This document shows positions 46,947 through 56,574 of a stretch of 64,000 bases of DNA, one piece after another. The position numbers and the translations under genes are program-made. Origin of the DNA: Alphaproteobacteria bacterium (lineage in GTDB: Bacteria > Pseudomonadota > Alphaproteobacteria > CALKHQ01); NCBI GenBank assembly GCA_965227515.1, contig CBDDFZ010000001.1, positions 1,696,001 to 1,760,000 on the forward strand, written 5' to 3'. Each line of letters opens with the position of its first letter. The first letter of the stretch is position 1. The notes under the pieces are model-generated. The model did no database searches, was not told where the DNA came from, and saw nothing but the letters and a program-made list of their open reading frames with translations.

Positions 46947-47993
46947 TCATAATTGCTCGACGATATCCGCGGCTGAGTCATACATTTGGACAACGTCGCG
47001 CAACAAATCCGACCTACTGGCCCATCGGGATGCTCTTCGGCATGTCCTGACAGCGGCTTCACGGGTAATGCCAATCTTGTCGCCGGCCAAACAATGTTCA
47101 TGACTCCACCAGGGCCCGTCTCCCTTGTGCGATAGGATCAGGCCCAGTCGAATGCCCATATGCATCGTGCCGAATATGGCTAAGTATTCTAGTGACTCCG
47201 ACGCTTTGTTGGCGCCGACCAATTGTTCCACCCAGGTGTTAAGCGCGGCGTTTTCGAAGTCGCCCAGATCCGTCACATACTCGTCTGCGATCAACCAGGC
47301 GGCATCGTCAATTCGGCTACGGCGGCCACAATGCTCCCAATCAATCCAATAGACCGTATCGTCATCGGCCACGATGGCGTTGCCTGGTCTGGCATCCCAC
47401 TTCACGAGGCCATGTCGTTTCGGCCTCAAGCGCTTGGCGATGCTTTCGATGTTGATTTGCGGTTCGGGCAATCCGAAATGGCGAGCCAGGCGCAACGGGG
47501 TCTCCGCAAATTCCTGGCGCCATGGCCTGTCCAAGCCAATTGTGGCCACGTCGGCAGTCCAACGGCACTGGTCTGCGGCTTGATAGATCGCGCGCAGGCT
47601 CTCAAGTCCGCGGTCAAGCCATGCCAAGGTTTGGATAGGTGACAGGCCGTCCAGGACCTCGGTCAATCGCCTGGTGCCCACATCCTGCTGAATGATGATA
47701 TCTCGGTCGCGTGCGAGAATTGCAGGCACGGGCGCGCCAAGGACACTGAGTTCACTCAGGACTCGGCGCTCAAGCAAGCCGCGATTGCCAGATGAGCGTC
47801 TGGTGCCAATTACGGTCGTCCCGTCAGCCAACCTCAGTCGGATTGAGTCGCGCGATTTGCCGCCCGGGAAGCTAACGTCAACGGCCTTCTGGCCCAGAAG
47901 GCCTTCACACCGCTCTATGAAGAGTTTTCGTTCCTCGCGCCGCAAAGCTGGTACGCCGTATCCTGATGGTTCCGTCAGATTGGCGGCCACCAT
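46947..47993 (-). CDS. APH/choline kinase-like phosphotransferase
   Basis: FPGGKSR Gly-loop, GAPVP, QQDVG, WDARPGN catalytic loop, WIDWEH; lower GC than the host genes. Confidence 0.8.
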   Translation of the reverse strand: MVAANLTEPSGYGVPALRREERKLFIERCEGLLGQKAVDVSFPGGKSRDSIRLRLADGTTVIGTRRSSGNRGLLERRVLSELSVLGAPVPAILARDRDIIIQQDVGTRRLTEVLDGLSPIQTLAWLDRGLESLRAIYQAADQCRWTADVATIGLDRPWRQEFAETPLRLARHFGLPEPQINIESIAKRLRPKRHGLVKWDARPGNAIVADDDTVYWIDWEHCGRRSRIDDAAWLIADEYVTDLGDFENAALNTWVEQLVGANKASESLEYLAIFGTMHMGIRLGLILSHKGDGPWWSHEHCLAGDKIGITREAAVRTCRRASRWASRSDLLRDVVQMYDSAADIVEQL

Positions 47994-48021
47994 ACAGGCT
48001 GCCGGACTGTAGACAAAAAGG

Positions 48022-48053
48022 AATGGCCGCCGGGTACACGCCCGGCGGCCATT
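48022..48053 (-). terminator. Intrinsic terminator after the GS-repeat RTX gene
   Basis: AATGGCCGCCGGG-TACACG-CCCGGCGGCCATT 13-bp stem, followed on the minus strand by CCTTTTTG. Confidence 0.75.
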
Positions 48054-48076
48054 TTAGGATTCGCCGTGATTTGGCG

Positions 48077-49987
48077 TCACGCAAGCGGCCCAACTAGTGC
48101 CACCTCGTCAGTGTAGTCTTGAATGACGAACAGCAGTGCACCATCGGCCTGATGGACGTTTGTGTTGCTGCCATCGACCACTGTGTAGTCGCCACGGACC
48201 ACATCTCCATCGTCGAAGTTGTAGTCCATGATGATGTCCGTTCCGCCATTCTCGAAATTGTCGACCTGGTTGCCGATGCCCTTGTGATCGAAGTGATCGG
48301 CACCCTCGCCACCATAGAGAATGTCGTCGTCGCGGCCACCATTCAGGGTGTCGTCCCCGTCGCCACCATTCAGCGTGTCAACGCCTGTTCCGCCATTGAC
48401 CTCGTCATTGCCGGAACCGCCATTCACGATGTCATCGCCGTCATCGCCCTGCAGGAAGTCGTCGTCGGCTCCGCCATCCAGCAGGTCGTCGCCGAGCCCA
48501 CCGAGCAAGAAGTCGCCGCCATCGTCCCCAAACAGCTGATCCATTCCGTCGTCACCGGACAAGAAGTCCTCGCCGTTTCCGCCGAACAGGGTGTCGTTGC
48601 CGCCGTTGCCAAACAGCGCATCCATGCCGTCCAGCCCGCTGATAACGTCGTCACCTCCCATACCCCGGATGATGTCGGCGCCACTGGTGCCTGTCAGTTC
48701 TTCGGAATCGTCGGTGCCGTTGATTTCGTTGAAATCGTCGGAATCCGGCCCGTGCTTTCCGCCGGAGCCCGAGCCCGAGCCGCTGCCGGAACCCGACCCC
48801 GAACCGCTGCCGGAACCGTGCTTTCCGCCGGAGCCCGAACCCGAACCACTGCCGGAACCCGAACCACTGCCGGAGCCATGCTTGCCGCCGGAGCCCGAAC
48901 CCGAACCGCTGCCGGAACCCGACCCCGAACCGCTGCCGGAACCGTGCTTTCCGCCGGAGCCCGAACCCGAACCACTGCCGGAACCCGAACCACTGCCGGA
49001 GCCATGCTTGCCGCCGGAGCCCGAACCCGAACCGCTGCCGGAACCCGACCCCGAACCGCTGCCGGAACCGTGCTTTCCGCCGGAGCCCGAACCCGAACCA
49101 CTGCCGGAACCCGAACCACTGCCGGAGCCATGCTTGCCGCCGGAGCCCGAACCCGAACCACTGCCGGAACCCGAACCACTGCCGGAGCCATGCTTGCCGC
49201 CGGAGCCCGAACCCGAACCACTGCCCGAGCCGTGCTTGCCGCCGGAACCAGAGCCGGAGCCCGAACCTGATCCACTGCCGGAGCCGTGCTTGCCGCCGGA
49301 ACCAGAGCCGGAACTCTTGGCGTACCAACCGCTGGGCGCAACGCCATCGAGCAGGTAGTCGGAACTATGCTTTCCGCCGGAGCCCGAGCCGGAACCGCTG
49401 CCGGAACCCGAACCCGATCCGCTACCGGAGCCGTGCTTGCCGCCGGAACCCGAGCCGGAGCCCGAACCCGATCCACTGCCCGAGCCGTGCTTGCCGCCGG
49501 ACCCCGAGCCGGAGCCCGAACCCGATCCGCTACCGGAGCCGTGCTTGCCGCCGGACCCCGAGCCGGAGCCCGAACCCGATCCGCTACCGGAGCCGTGCTT
49601 GCCGCCGGAACCCGAGCCGGAGCCCGAACCCGATCCACTGCCCGAGCCGTGCTTGCCGCCGGACCCCGATCCGGAGCCCGAACCCGATCCACTACCGGAG
49701 CCGTGCTTGCCGCCGGAACCGCTACCGGAACCCGAACCCGATCCGCTACCGGAGCCGTGCTTGCCGCCGGAACCTGATCCGGAGCCCGAACCCGATCCAC
49801 TGCCGGAACCGTGCTTGCCGCCGGAACCCGAGCCTGAGCCCGAACCTGATCCACTGCCCGAGCCATGCTTGCCGCCGGAACCCGAGCCGGAGCCCGAACC
49901 CGATCCACTGCCCGAGCCGTGGTAGGCGCCAGAGCCATTGCCCCCACTCAGATAACCTTTGAAATAGAGCTCATCGTACAAGGACAT
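48077..49987 (-). CDS. RTX-repeat secreted protein with Gly-Ser/GGKH tandem repeat domain
   Basis: AGGGGG RBS before MSLYDEL; 20 GGKH-(GS)n units, then GGxGxDxLx repeats and a C-terminal tail. Confidence 0.88.
   Translation of the reverse strand: MSLYDELYFKGYLSGGNGSGAYHGSGSGSGSGSGSGSGGKHGSGSGSGSGSGSGSGGKHGSGSGSGSGSGSGSGGKHGSGSGSGSGSGSGSGGKHGSGSGSGSGSGSGSGGKHGSGSGSGSGSGSGSGGKHGSGSGSGSGSGSGSGGKHGSGSGSGSGSGSGSGGKHGSGSGSGSGSGSGSGGKHGSGSGSGSGSGSGSGSGSGGKHSSDYLLDGVAPSGWYAKSSGSGSGGKHGSGSGSGSGSGSGSGGKHGSGSGSGSGSGGKHGSGSGSGSGSGSGSGSGGKHGSGSGSGSGSGSGSGSGGKHGSGSGSGSGSGSGSGSGSGGKHGSGSGSGSGSGSGSGSGGKHGSGSGSGSGSGSGSGSGSGGKHGSGSGSGSGSGSGSGSGGKHGSGSGSGSGSGSGSGSGSGGKHGPDSDDFNEINGTDDSEELTGTSGADIIRGMGGDDVISGLDGMDALFGNGGNDTLFGGNGEDFLSGDDGMDQLFGDDGGDFLLGGLGDDLLDGGADDDFLQGDDGDDIVNGGSGNDEVNGGTGVDTLNGGDGDDTLNGGRDDDILYGGEGADHFDHKGIGNQVDNFENGGTDIIMDYNFDDGDVVRGDYTVVDGSNTNVHQADGALLFVIQDYTDEVALVGPLA
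48750..49925 (-). repeat. Intragenic tandem repeat encoding GGKH(GS)5-9
   Basis: One block has a 54-bp period (49433-49870), the other alternates 60 and 66 bp (48750-49200); they are separated by a unique [17 protein letters not shown] spacer. Confidence 0.95.
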
Positions 49988-50557
49988 TGTGTTCCCCCTA
50001 GTTCGTCGGTTGCGTAGGCCTTCGCCCTCTCCCGTTTCAGTCTCGGAAGCCGGAAAGCACGACAATCGCCAAAGGTTAATCCAAGGGACGAGTTTTTGTA
50101 ATGAATTTTACATATTTTTACATTGCAATCGTTTTCAGGTTTTTCAGTGTTTCTTAGAAACCTTCTAGATCTTACGGAGACACGTTATGGTGGTTGAGTC
50201 TCTCAAGCATCCCGACAGCTTAATCTTGCTCGGTTCGAAAGACTTGGCAGCGATGCGTCCGTGCGAACGATTTAGAGTTTGAGGGCGTCTACCTTTGCAC
50301 ACATCCAGGTGAAGAGCTCGGAAATGGACCAGGTGAGCATCATACGGATCGACCAGCGGGTGGTGTCGGACCGTGGTGACGGATCAACTGCGCAACGACG
50401 TATGCGACGATCTGCTTTGAGCTGGGCCGAGGTGTATCTTTTCGAGCCGTTGTCCGCCGGGTGCGGTTGCTGTAGCGATACCTGTTCGCTTAGACTCATA
50501 CGCACACGGGCTCCGACCTCCGATCATTGGATCAGTCTGTGAAGGGATGGGGTGCGA

Positions 50558-52588
50558 ATGGCAAGTGTAATCGATGGTGTGGCAACGCTTGCCGCTGCTT
50601 ATCCTGGCTTGATCCCAACGCCTGTGGGAAACAGTTCCAGCAGCGCGGCAACGATGCCGAAACGGCGGGATGTGTTGGACGATGCGGGGCAGACACCTGA
50701 TAGCCTGTCCGACCTGCTAGCGCGCCTCGCTGAAGCACAGGCTGGAGCCTGCCGCATGTCTGACGTCTTGGGCCTGTTCCCAAGAGTATCGGCGGCAAAG
50801 CTATGGGACGACCTTCTGCGGTTCCTGCGAACGGAAGACTCAGATTCTGGCGATGACACGGGCGCAGCCGCGTTTTTCACCAAGACCGATACCGCGCGAT
50901 ATTTCAGGCTCTTTTCGACGCGCGCGCCGATGGTCTTGCCTCTGCTGCGAGCGGCGGATGGCCTGCCACCCACCATATGCGTCCCAAACCTGATGCCGGG
51001 CGACCAGACACCACAAGGTGTGCTTTCCGGGACTTGGGAACGTAGCTTAGCCGGCCCCGCTGGCATGCTGTTGCATGCGATGTTGGGCGGATGTGCGGAA
51101 GTTGCTGAATGCCTCGGGCATGGAATCGACCCCGATGCCGAACGTGCGTCGCACACCCAACGACAGCCTACAGATGCCTACGCCAACGCTTTGCAAGCAT
51201 GTGGGTATGCAGGACAGGCCGACCTCGAGCACGGACTGCCGGGAGCCGTTTGCGCTGGTGTGATTGTCGAGATACTCGAACTAGGAAGGAGTTCGTCTGA
51301 GTCCAGCTCGGAGCGAAAGGCTGCTCGAGGCAGAATGCGGCCTCTACTGAGCGATCTGCTCGACATGTGTGATCACCTCGCAATGGCGGACGGGGATGCG
51401 GCACTGGCATGCGCGGCCGACTATGCAGCCAACGGTCGAGGTGCAAGAGCTCGCAATCTCATAAGCCGCTGTGTTGTCCTCTATCCAAACGACCCTGACG
51501 TGCTGGCTCAACTGGCAGCACAGCAGCAGGAGACAGGCAGGGAGGACGAGGCGATTGAAACCTATGAGAAAATTCTTTCACTTGTCCCTGGCCATACCGT
51601 TGCACATGTCGGTCGCGGTGACCTCTATCTCAATCAACAACGGTTTGAACACGCGGCCGATGATTACGAAAAAGCTCAAGTGAATGCGGCGCCCGGGGAA
51701 GAGATTGAACAGCGCGGTAAGCTGTTAATTGAGTTGTCCAGCGCATACCGAGAGGCAAAGCAAAATGATGCAATGCCTACAGTGACTGTCAGCGACGACG
51801 AGTTTGCCACAGGGAAGTGGCATCCCGCTCGGTTGTCACTGGCACTGAATATGTTTCGACAGTATGGTGCGCTGAAGATCGCCAACGCATTCGATGTTGA
51901 CTTGCTCACCGCATGCAATCGCTACTTTGTCAAACGCTATTCATCGTATTTCGACCGTGGATCGAAGTCGGACGCCCTCAATATTGGAGACAAGAGATAT
52001 CAGATCGGAATCTCACTTGATGGAGCGTTCAACAACCCGGGCGTATATGCCAACAAGTTCGTATTGTCCCTGATGCAGGCCCTGTTGGGCGAGGATTTCG
52101 TCCTCGGGTGCACCGTTTGCGCCACCTCGATGCCCGGTGCAAAGGATCAGCACCTGCACAAGGATCATAAGTCATTGTTTTCCATGGATGCCGCGGGGGA
52201 GGCGGTAACACTGCCTCCATTCGCGGTGACAACAATGGTTCCGCTCGTGTCGCTCGACCATCGGATTGGCACCACTAGCGTCCGGAAGGGCAGTCATGTG
52301 CTTGGCAGCCGTGCGTCAAGAGATCTACCTTCACAAGAACCTTTGGTCCCGCTTGGGTCGTGCTTCCTGATGGATTTCCGGTTGTCGCATCAGGGTCTGG
52401 CCAACCAGACCAATACAGTGCGACCGATTATCAATATGGTGTACCAACGGCCATGGTTCTTCGATTCCAAGAACTTCACCAAGCACCCACCGCTCCACGT
52501 ACCCGAGGGCGAATTCAAGAAGGTGCCGTCGGAACACCGCCGGCTGCTGGAGTGGGGGACTCGGCCCGCCCCGCAGATTGCGATCTAG
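50558..52588 (+). CDS. TPR-containing PhyH-family 2-oxoglutarate/Fe(II) dioxygenase
   Basis: Central TPR repeats; C-terminal PGAKDQHLHKD (HxD), KGSH, SHQGLAN (His), RP. Confidence 0.85.
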   Translation: MASVIDGVATLAAAYPGLIPTPVGNSSSSAATMPKRRDVLDDAGQTPDSLSDLLARLAEAQAGACRMSDVLGLFPRVSAAKLWDDLLRFLRTEDSDSGDDTGAAAFFTKTDTARYFRLFSTRAPMVLPLLRAADGLPPTICVPNLMPGDQTPQGVLSGTWERSLAGPAGMLLHAMLGGCAEVAECLGHGIDPDAERASHTQRQPTDAYANALQACGYAGQADLEHGLPGAVCAGVIVEILELGRSSSESSSERKAARGRMRPLLSDLLDMCDHLAMADGDAALACAADYAANGRGARARNLISRCVVLYPNDPDVLAQLAAQQQETGREDEAIETYEKILSLVPGHTVAHVGRGDLYLNQQRFEHAADDYEKAQVNAAPGEEIEQRGKLLIELSSAYREAKQNDAMPTVTVSDDEFATGKWHPARLSLALNMFRQYGALKIANAFDVDLLTACNRYFVKRYSSYFDRGSKSDALNIGDKRYQIGISLDGAFNNPGVYANKFVLSLMQALLGEDFVLGCTVCATSMPGAKDQHLHKDHKSLFSMDAAGEAVTLPPFAVTTMVPLVSLDHRIGTTSVRKGSHVLGSRASRDLPSQEPLVPLGSCFLMDFRLSHQGLANQTNTVRPIINMVYQRPWFFDSKNFTKHPPLHVPEGEFKKVPSEHRRLLEWGTRPAPQIAI

Positions 52589-52606
52589 CGGGCTGCCGAG
52601 GCCGCC

Positions 52607-54166
52607 GTGCACGCCGAGATTATCGACGACTTCAGGAAACTTGAGAACCTGCGCGCGAACTGGGACGAACTCTATCGCAAGGATCCCGATGCGCAGCTAT
52701 TCCTGTCCTGGCCCTGGCTCTCGCATACATTTCGACGTCATCCAAAGCGCACATTTCTGATACTTGCCGTGCGCCCCGACACGCCTCGGGATCACTATCT
52801 TGCGTTCATGCCGTTGAGGCTAAGTTTGCGAAATGATGACAAGCTTGGAGGCTATTGCAACGAGCTCTACATGGCCGGCAACTACTGGGCGGACTATACG
52901 GGCTTCGTCGGCGACCCGGACCGTGACGCAGAAACCATACCGGCACTTGCAGCGGCGCTGAAATCTTTGTGTTGGAAGTCACTGCATCTTGACTTCCTGC
53001 ACATGTCGGAGGCCCGGACGGAAGGTTTGCTCGCTCAGTTCTCCGATGACACATTTCGGGTCGTTCGCCGGACCCGTGTCTCGCCGGTCGATGGCACCAA
53101 TTCCCTGATTTGTCCGTATATTGAGCTACCCAGTGAGTTCGATACTTACCTAGCCACCAATATGAGCGCTAACACACGGCAGAAATTCAGACGCTTTAGC
53201 CGACGTATCGATCAGTCGGACGTACTGGCTATCTCTGAGTCCAGCGCCCAGACCCGCTCGCGGGATCTTGACATACTGCGTCAGTTTTGGGTCGAAAAGT
53301 GGAGAACGCGAAAAGGCGACAGCACTGAGCGGCTTGGACGAAGATACGTCGATATTCTCGCGGCAGCAATGCGCGACGACATGGCCTATATTTGTCTGCT
53401 CTGGCGTGGTGATCAGCCATTGGGCGCGCTTGGCCACTTGATCGACTGGGAGAAGAAGTGCTTGATGTACTATGTCGCTGGTCGTGACGAAAAGGTCCAG
53501 GGCATTCCGATAGGCCTTCTTTTACATGGACACAGTATTCGGTGGGCGATTGAGCAAAAAATTGAAACCTATGATTTTCTTTGTGGTAATGAGTCCTTCA
53601 AGTATTCGTATGGTGTGCGAGAGCGTCAGATCAGGTGCTATGAAATCCGGACCAGGTCCGGATTCAACCTGCACGGCAGGCTCGACCCTCGCACAATGGA
53701 AAAAGCGCTGGAGCGTGCCACCCGGGCCCAAGACCGTGGGCGACTAAGCCGGGCTGAAGCCGGCTATCGGCAGGTGCTCGCAATCCGGCCCACCTCAGCG
53801 CGCGGTCTGCGCCGGCTCTCTCGCTTGCTCGTATCGCAGGGACGCTCGGCGGAAGCCGACGAATTTCTCGAAAGACTCGTTGAGTTGCGAGACAAGAGCG
53901 CGCTGGCGTGGGACATGCTTGGGCGGGTGAAGTTCGACTTGGGCGACTACAGGGAGGCTCGTTCATCGCTTATGCGGGCCGTCTCCCTCGGATCCGATGT
54001 ATCTGATGAGGCAGTCTCTTGTCTTGGTCGCGCCTGCCTGAGAATAGGCGATCCCAACGAAGCTGGTCGATGGTGCGATGTCTTGGCCGACCGTGCTCGA
54101 ACAAAAAACAGCATGTCTGCGCAGGCTCTTGCAGAAAACCTTCGTAATGAAATTGAACGTTCTTAA
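52607..54166 (+). CDS. CelD/BcsL-type GNAT acyltransferase with C-terminal TPR
   Basis: LFLSWPWL, ADYTG, CPYIELP, GLLLHGHSIRWAI, YDFLCGNESFKYSYG, then TPR motifs. Confidence 0.85.
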   Translation: MHAEIIDDFRKLENLRANWDELYRKDPDAQLFLSWPWLSHTFRRHPKRTFLILAVRPDTPRDHYLAFMPLRLSLRNDDKLGGYCNELYMAGNYWADYTGFVGDPDRDAETIPALAAALKSLCWKSLHLDFLHMSEARTEGLLAQFSDDTFRVVRRTRVSPVDGTNSLICPYIELPSEFDTYLATNMSANTRQKFRRFSRRIDQSDVLAISESSAQTRSRDLDILRQFWVEKWRTRKGDSTERLGRRYVDILAAAMRDDMAYICLLWRGDQPLGALGHLIDWEKKCLMYYVAGRDEKVQGIPIGLLLHGHSIRWAIEQKIETYDFLCGNESFKYSYGVRERQIRCYEIRTRSGFNLHGRLDPRTMEKALERATRAQDRGRLSRAEAGYRQVLAIRPTSARGLRRLSRLLVSQGRSAEADEFLERLVELRDKSALAWDMLGRVKFDLGDYREARSSLMRAVSLGSDVSDEAVSCLGRACLRIGDPNEAGRWCDVLADRARTKNSMSAQALAENLRNEIERS

Positions 54167-54483
54167 CAAAATGCAGGTTAATCAGGGAGGCTATTAGTCT
54201 TTTAATTGGTTATTGCTGGCCGATATTAGCGCTCGTGACTTTCTCGCTGGATCAGTCGACTGTGAGGTGCGCTCGGCGTTGGGATCTCAGGCAATCTGCA
54301 GGGCGTTGAACGCATATGCCAGCGATCTGGCGATGGCGCGATCGCCCGCCTGGTCGCCCACGAGATGGCCGGCACCGCCGGCCGCTGACGCCTGATTGGA
54401 ACAGAAAGTGTAACCGTTAGACTTTTCCACGCCCTGTGGAGTCTAACGGCCAGTCGGCTGCGGCGGCTATATCAATGATGCGA

Positions 54484-54532
<49 letters not shown>

Positions 54533-54591
54533 TCAGAACAGTATTGAGAACAATGGCTTATCAATGAATTGTTGCGTCTGTGTCGCACACA

Positions 54592-55692
54592 TCATCCGAC
54601 CAGCGCGAGTTCCGCCGCATCGAGGCGTTCCTGGTCGCGGCCTTCGTCAGGCCACAGGTGGGCATACAGATCCATGGTCATGACGATGGACTCGTGACCG
54701 AGCCGGCTCTGGACTTCCTTCTCGCGGTAGCCCTGGTGGATGAGCCACGAGGCATAGAAGTGCCGCAGGGCGTGCAGGCCATACTTCGGCTTGCCGTCTT
54801 TCGTCAGGCCGGCTTCGATCTGCATCGGATCGAAACCGCGCTGGCGGATGTTGGCGTAGGATTCGACGTTACCCTTGCCGTTCGGAAACACGAGGTCCAG
54901 ACGGCTGGCTGGGCACCGTAGCTTCCATTCCTTGAGAGTGTTGCTGACGAGCTTGCCGATGGGAATGTCGCGAAAGCCGGCTTCGGACTTCGGCGCACCA
55001 ATGGTGCCCCATTCGTCTGCCCGCTGCCGTACATGGATGACGCGATCTTCCGCGTCTTGCCAGCGCAGGGCGCGCAACTCGGACGCGCGGAGGCCCGTCA
55101 TGGCGGCGACTACGACGAATGGACGCCAGCGGTCGGACGCAGCGGCGATGAGCTGTTGAACCTCAGCCATCGTCGGAGGGACCACCCGTTTGCGGTGCCG
55201 CTTTGGCACGTCGATAGTGGTCTTGCTGGCGACGTTCTGTCCGACCAGGCCACGACGTTGCGCGTCGTACAAGACTGACTTGAGGCTGGTCAGCACCTTG
55301 CGTGCCATTGGCCGCGAGTGCTTTTCCAAGAGCCGGTCACGAAACGCCTCTGCATCCGGCGCGGTGAACTGAGTCAATCGAGTGCTTCCAAGCTCCGGCG
55401 CGATGTGCAGACGGACGTGGCGACGATACGCCACCAGCGTGTTGCGCTCGCGCCCTTCGGCTTCCAGGCGAGCCAGCCATAGGTCGGCGGCTTCCTGAAT
55501 GGTCTTCGACGCACCATCGGCTACGTGGGTACCGCGACGCACATCGACGTGGGTCTGGCTCGCCCACGCGTCCGCGTCCTTCTTCGTGGAGAACGTCTTG
55601 AGGCGGCGCTTGCCCTGTCCGTCTTTGTAGTCGACAACCCAGGCCGTCCGATCCTTGCCACCGCTGGACCATTTCCGCTTTCGAACTGCCAC
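54592..55692 (-). CDS. int: Tyrosine recombinase/integrase
   Basis: N-terminal arm-binding region; TGLRASEL (R), PKS (K), HALRH, LGH, LYAH (Y). GTG start after GGAGG. Confidence 0.95.
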   Translation of the reverse strand: MAVRKRKWSSGGKDRTAWVVDYKDGQGKRRLKTFSTKKDADAWASQTHVDVRRGTHVADGASKTIQEAADLWLARLEAEGRERNTLVAYRRHVRLHIAPELGSTRLTQFTAPDAEAFRDRLLEKHSRPMARKVLTSLKSVLYDAQRRGLVGQNVASKTTIDVPKRHRKRVVPPTMAEVQQLIAAASDRWRPFVVVAAMTGLRASELRALRWQDAEDRVIHVRQRADEWGTIGAPKSEAGFRDIPIGKLVSNTLKEWKLRCPASRLDLVFPNGKGNVESYANIRQRGFDPMQIEAGLTKDGKPKYGLHALRHFYASWLIHQGYREKEVQSRLGHESIVMTMDLYAHLWPDEGRDQERLDAAELALVG

Positions 55693-55803
55693 GACCGCCT
55701 CCATTGGTTACGTCGCATTCCCATATTGTTGCAAATACTCCCTGTGTCAATGGTCGTCGCCAGATGAGCGCCGAAAAAAATGTCTGCGTGCCGCAGTTAA
55801 TGC

Positions 55804-56105
55804 TTGCCAGCGGGAAAAAATGTGGGCATCTTCAACGCGGTCCCGAAGTGCGCCCGCGCTCCGGGATTATTTGTGCCCGAACTTCAGGGAATATCAACCG
55901 CAACGGGAATGACCCGTTGACACCCATCCGAAAAGTGAGGTAACACCAACTCGTTCCCGAAGTGCGCCTAAACGGTGGCTTCGGGTTTGTTGTTTTCGGC
56001 CCTCGCGCGGACTCAACGTCCGCTAGAAAAAGCCGTTGACAGCCATCCGAAAATTACTTACCTGAACGTCGGGCCCGAAGTGCGACTGCATTCCGGGCCT
56101 TTTTC
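55804..56105 (+). promoter_or_regulatory. Three tandem promoter + hairpin units (candidate small-RNA array)
   Basis: TTGCCA/TTGACA/TTGACA at 55804, 55917 and 56036, each 38-39 nt before CCCGAAGTGCG (55842, 55956, 56074), which opens a hairpin followed by a T-rich tract. Confidence 0.65.
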
Positions 56106-56107
56106 AT

Positions 56108-56177
56108 GCCCGCCCGGCCGCCGTCGGCGCGGGCTTTTTCATACCCGCCCAGCATCCCGCTGCGGCGGGTTTTTTTT
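56108..56177 (+). terminator. Two stacked intrinsic terminators upstream of xis
   Basis: GCCCGC...GCGGGC-TTTTT and ACCCGCC...GGCGGGT-TTTTTTT. Confidence 0.75.
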
Positions 56178-56195
56178 GTCCGAACGAGGTGAACC

Positions 56196-56405
56196 ATGAC
56201 CGACACGCTGGGTGACGATCTGCTCCACGGCGTCAAAGCCATCGCCGCATACATCGGCGAGAGCGAGCGCCGCACCTTCTACCTGCTTGAGCGCAACATG
56301 CTGCCCGCCACGAAGCTTGGCGCACGGTGGGTGTCCCGCAAGTCCGCTATCGCCAAGCGGTTTGACCTCGATGGCGACCAGCGGGAGACGTGCAATGCAG
56401 CCTGA
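56196..56405 (+). CDS. Excisionase/AlpA-like HTH DNA-binding protein
   Basis: GAGGTG RBS; LLHGVKAIAAYIG...RRTFYLL...LPATKLGARWVSRK winged-HTH pattern; divergent from int. Confidence 0.8.
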   Translation: MTDTLGDDLLHGVKAIAAYIGESERRTFYLLERNMLPATKLGARWVSRKSAIAKRFDLDGDQRETCNAA

Positions 56406-56574
56406 TCTGATTGCCAGGTCGATTATCCGTCGTTGGCGCGAAGGGTTGCGCGGCGATGAACTCCACCTGGCCGTACGCGCGGATTTTCCGGATTGTCCGT
56501 CGGAGGTCTACGGCGCTGCTGCGGCTGCTGCTTGGGCAGAGATGCGAGGTGCGACCAGCGATGATGCGGCCTGA
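56395..56574 (+). CDS. Small hypothetical protein
   Basis: GGGAG RBS; overlaps both neighbouring genes. Confidence 0.5.
   Translation: MQPDLIARSIIRRWREGLRGDELHLAVRADFPDCPSEVYGAAAAAAWAEMRGATSDDAA

Noticed and set aside
48591-49925. Pro-Glu-rich (PEPEP..C) ORFs on the plus strand and other frames of the repeat
   Set aside because: These are antisense or alternate-frame shadows. Only the GS frame has an RBS and continues into RTX repeats.
48750-49925. Possible CRISPR array
   Set aside because: There are no unique spacers; it is an in-frame coding tandem repeat and no cas genes are nearby.
55804-56105. Possible mini-CRISPR in the int-xis gap
   Set aside because: The constant part is only 11 bp, the period is about 115 bp and each unit has its own promoter-like box. 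It is reported as a candidate sRNA array instead.
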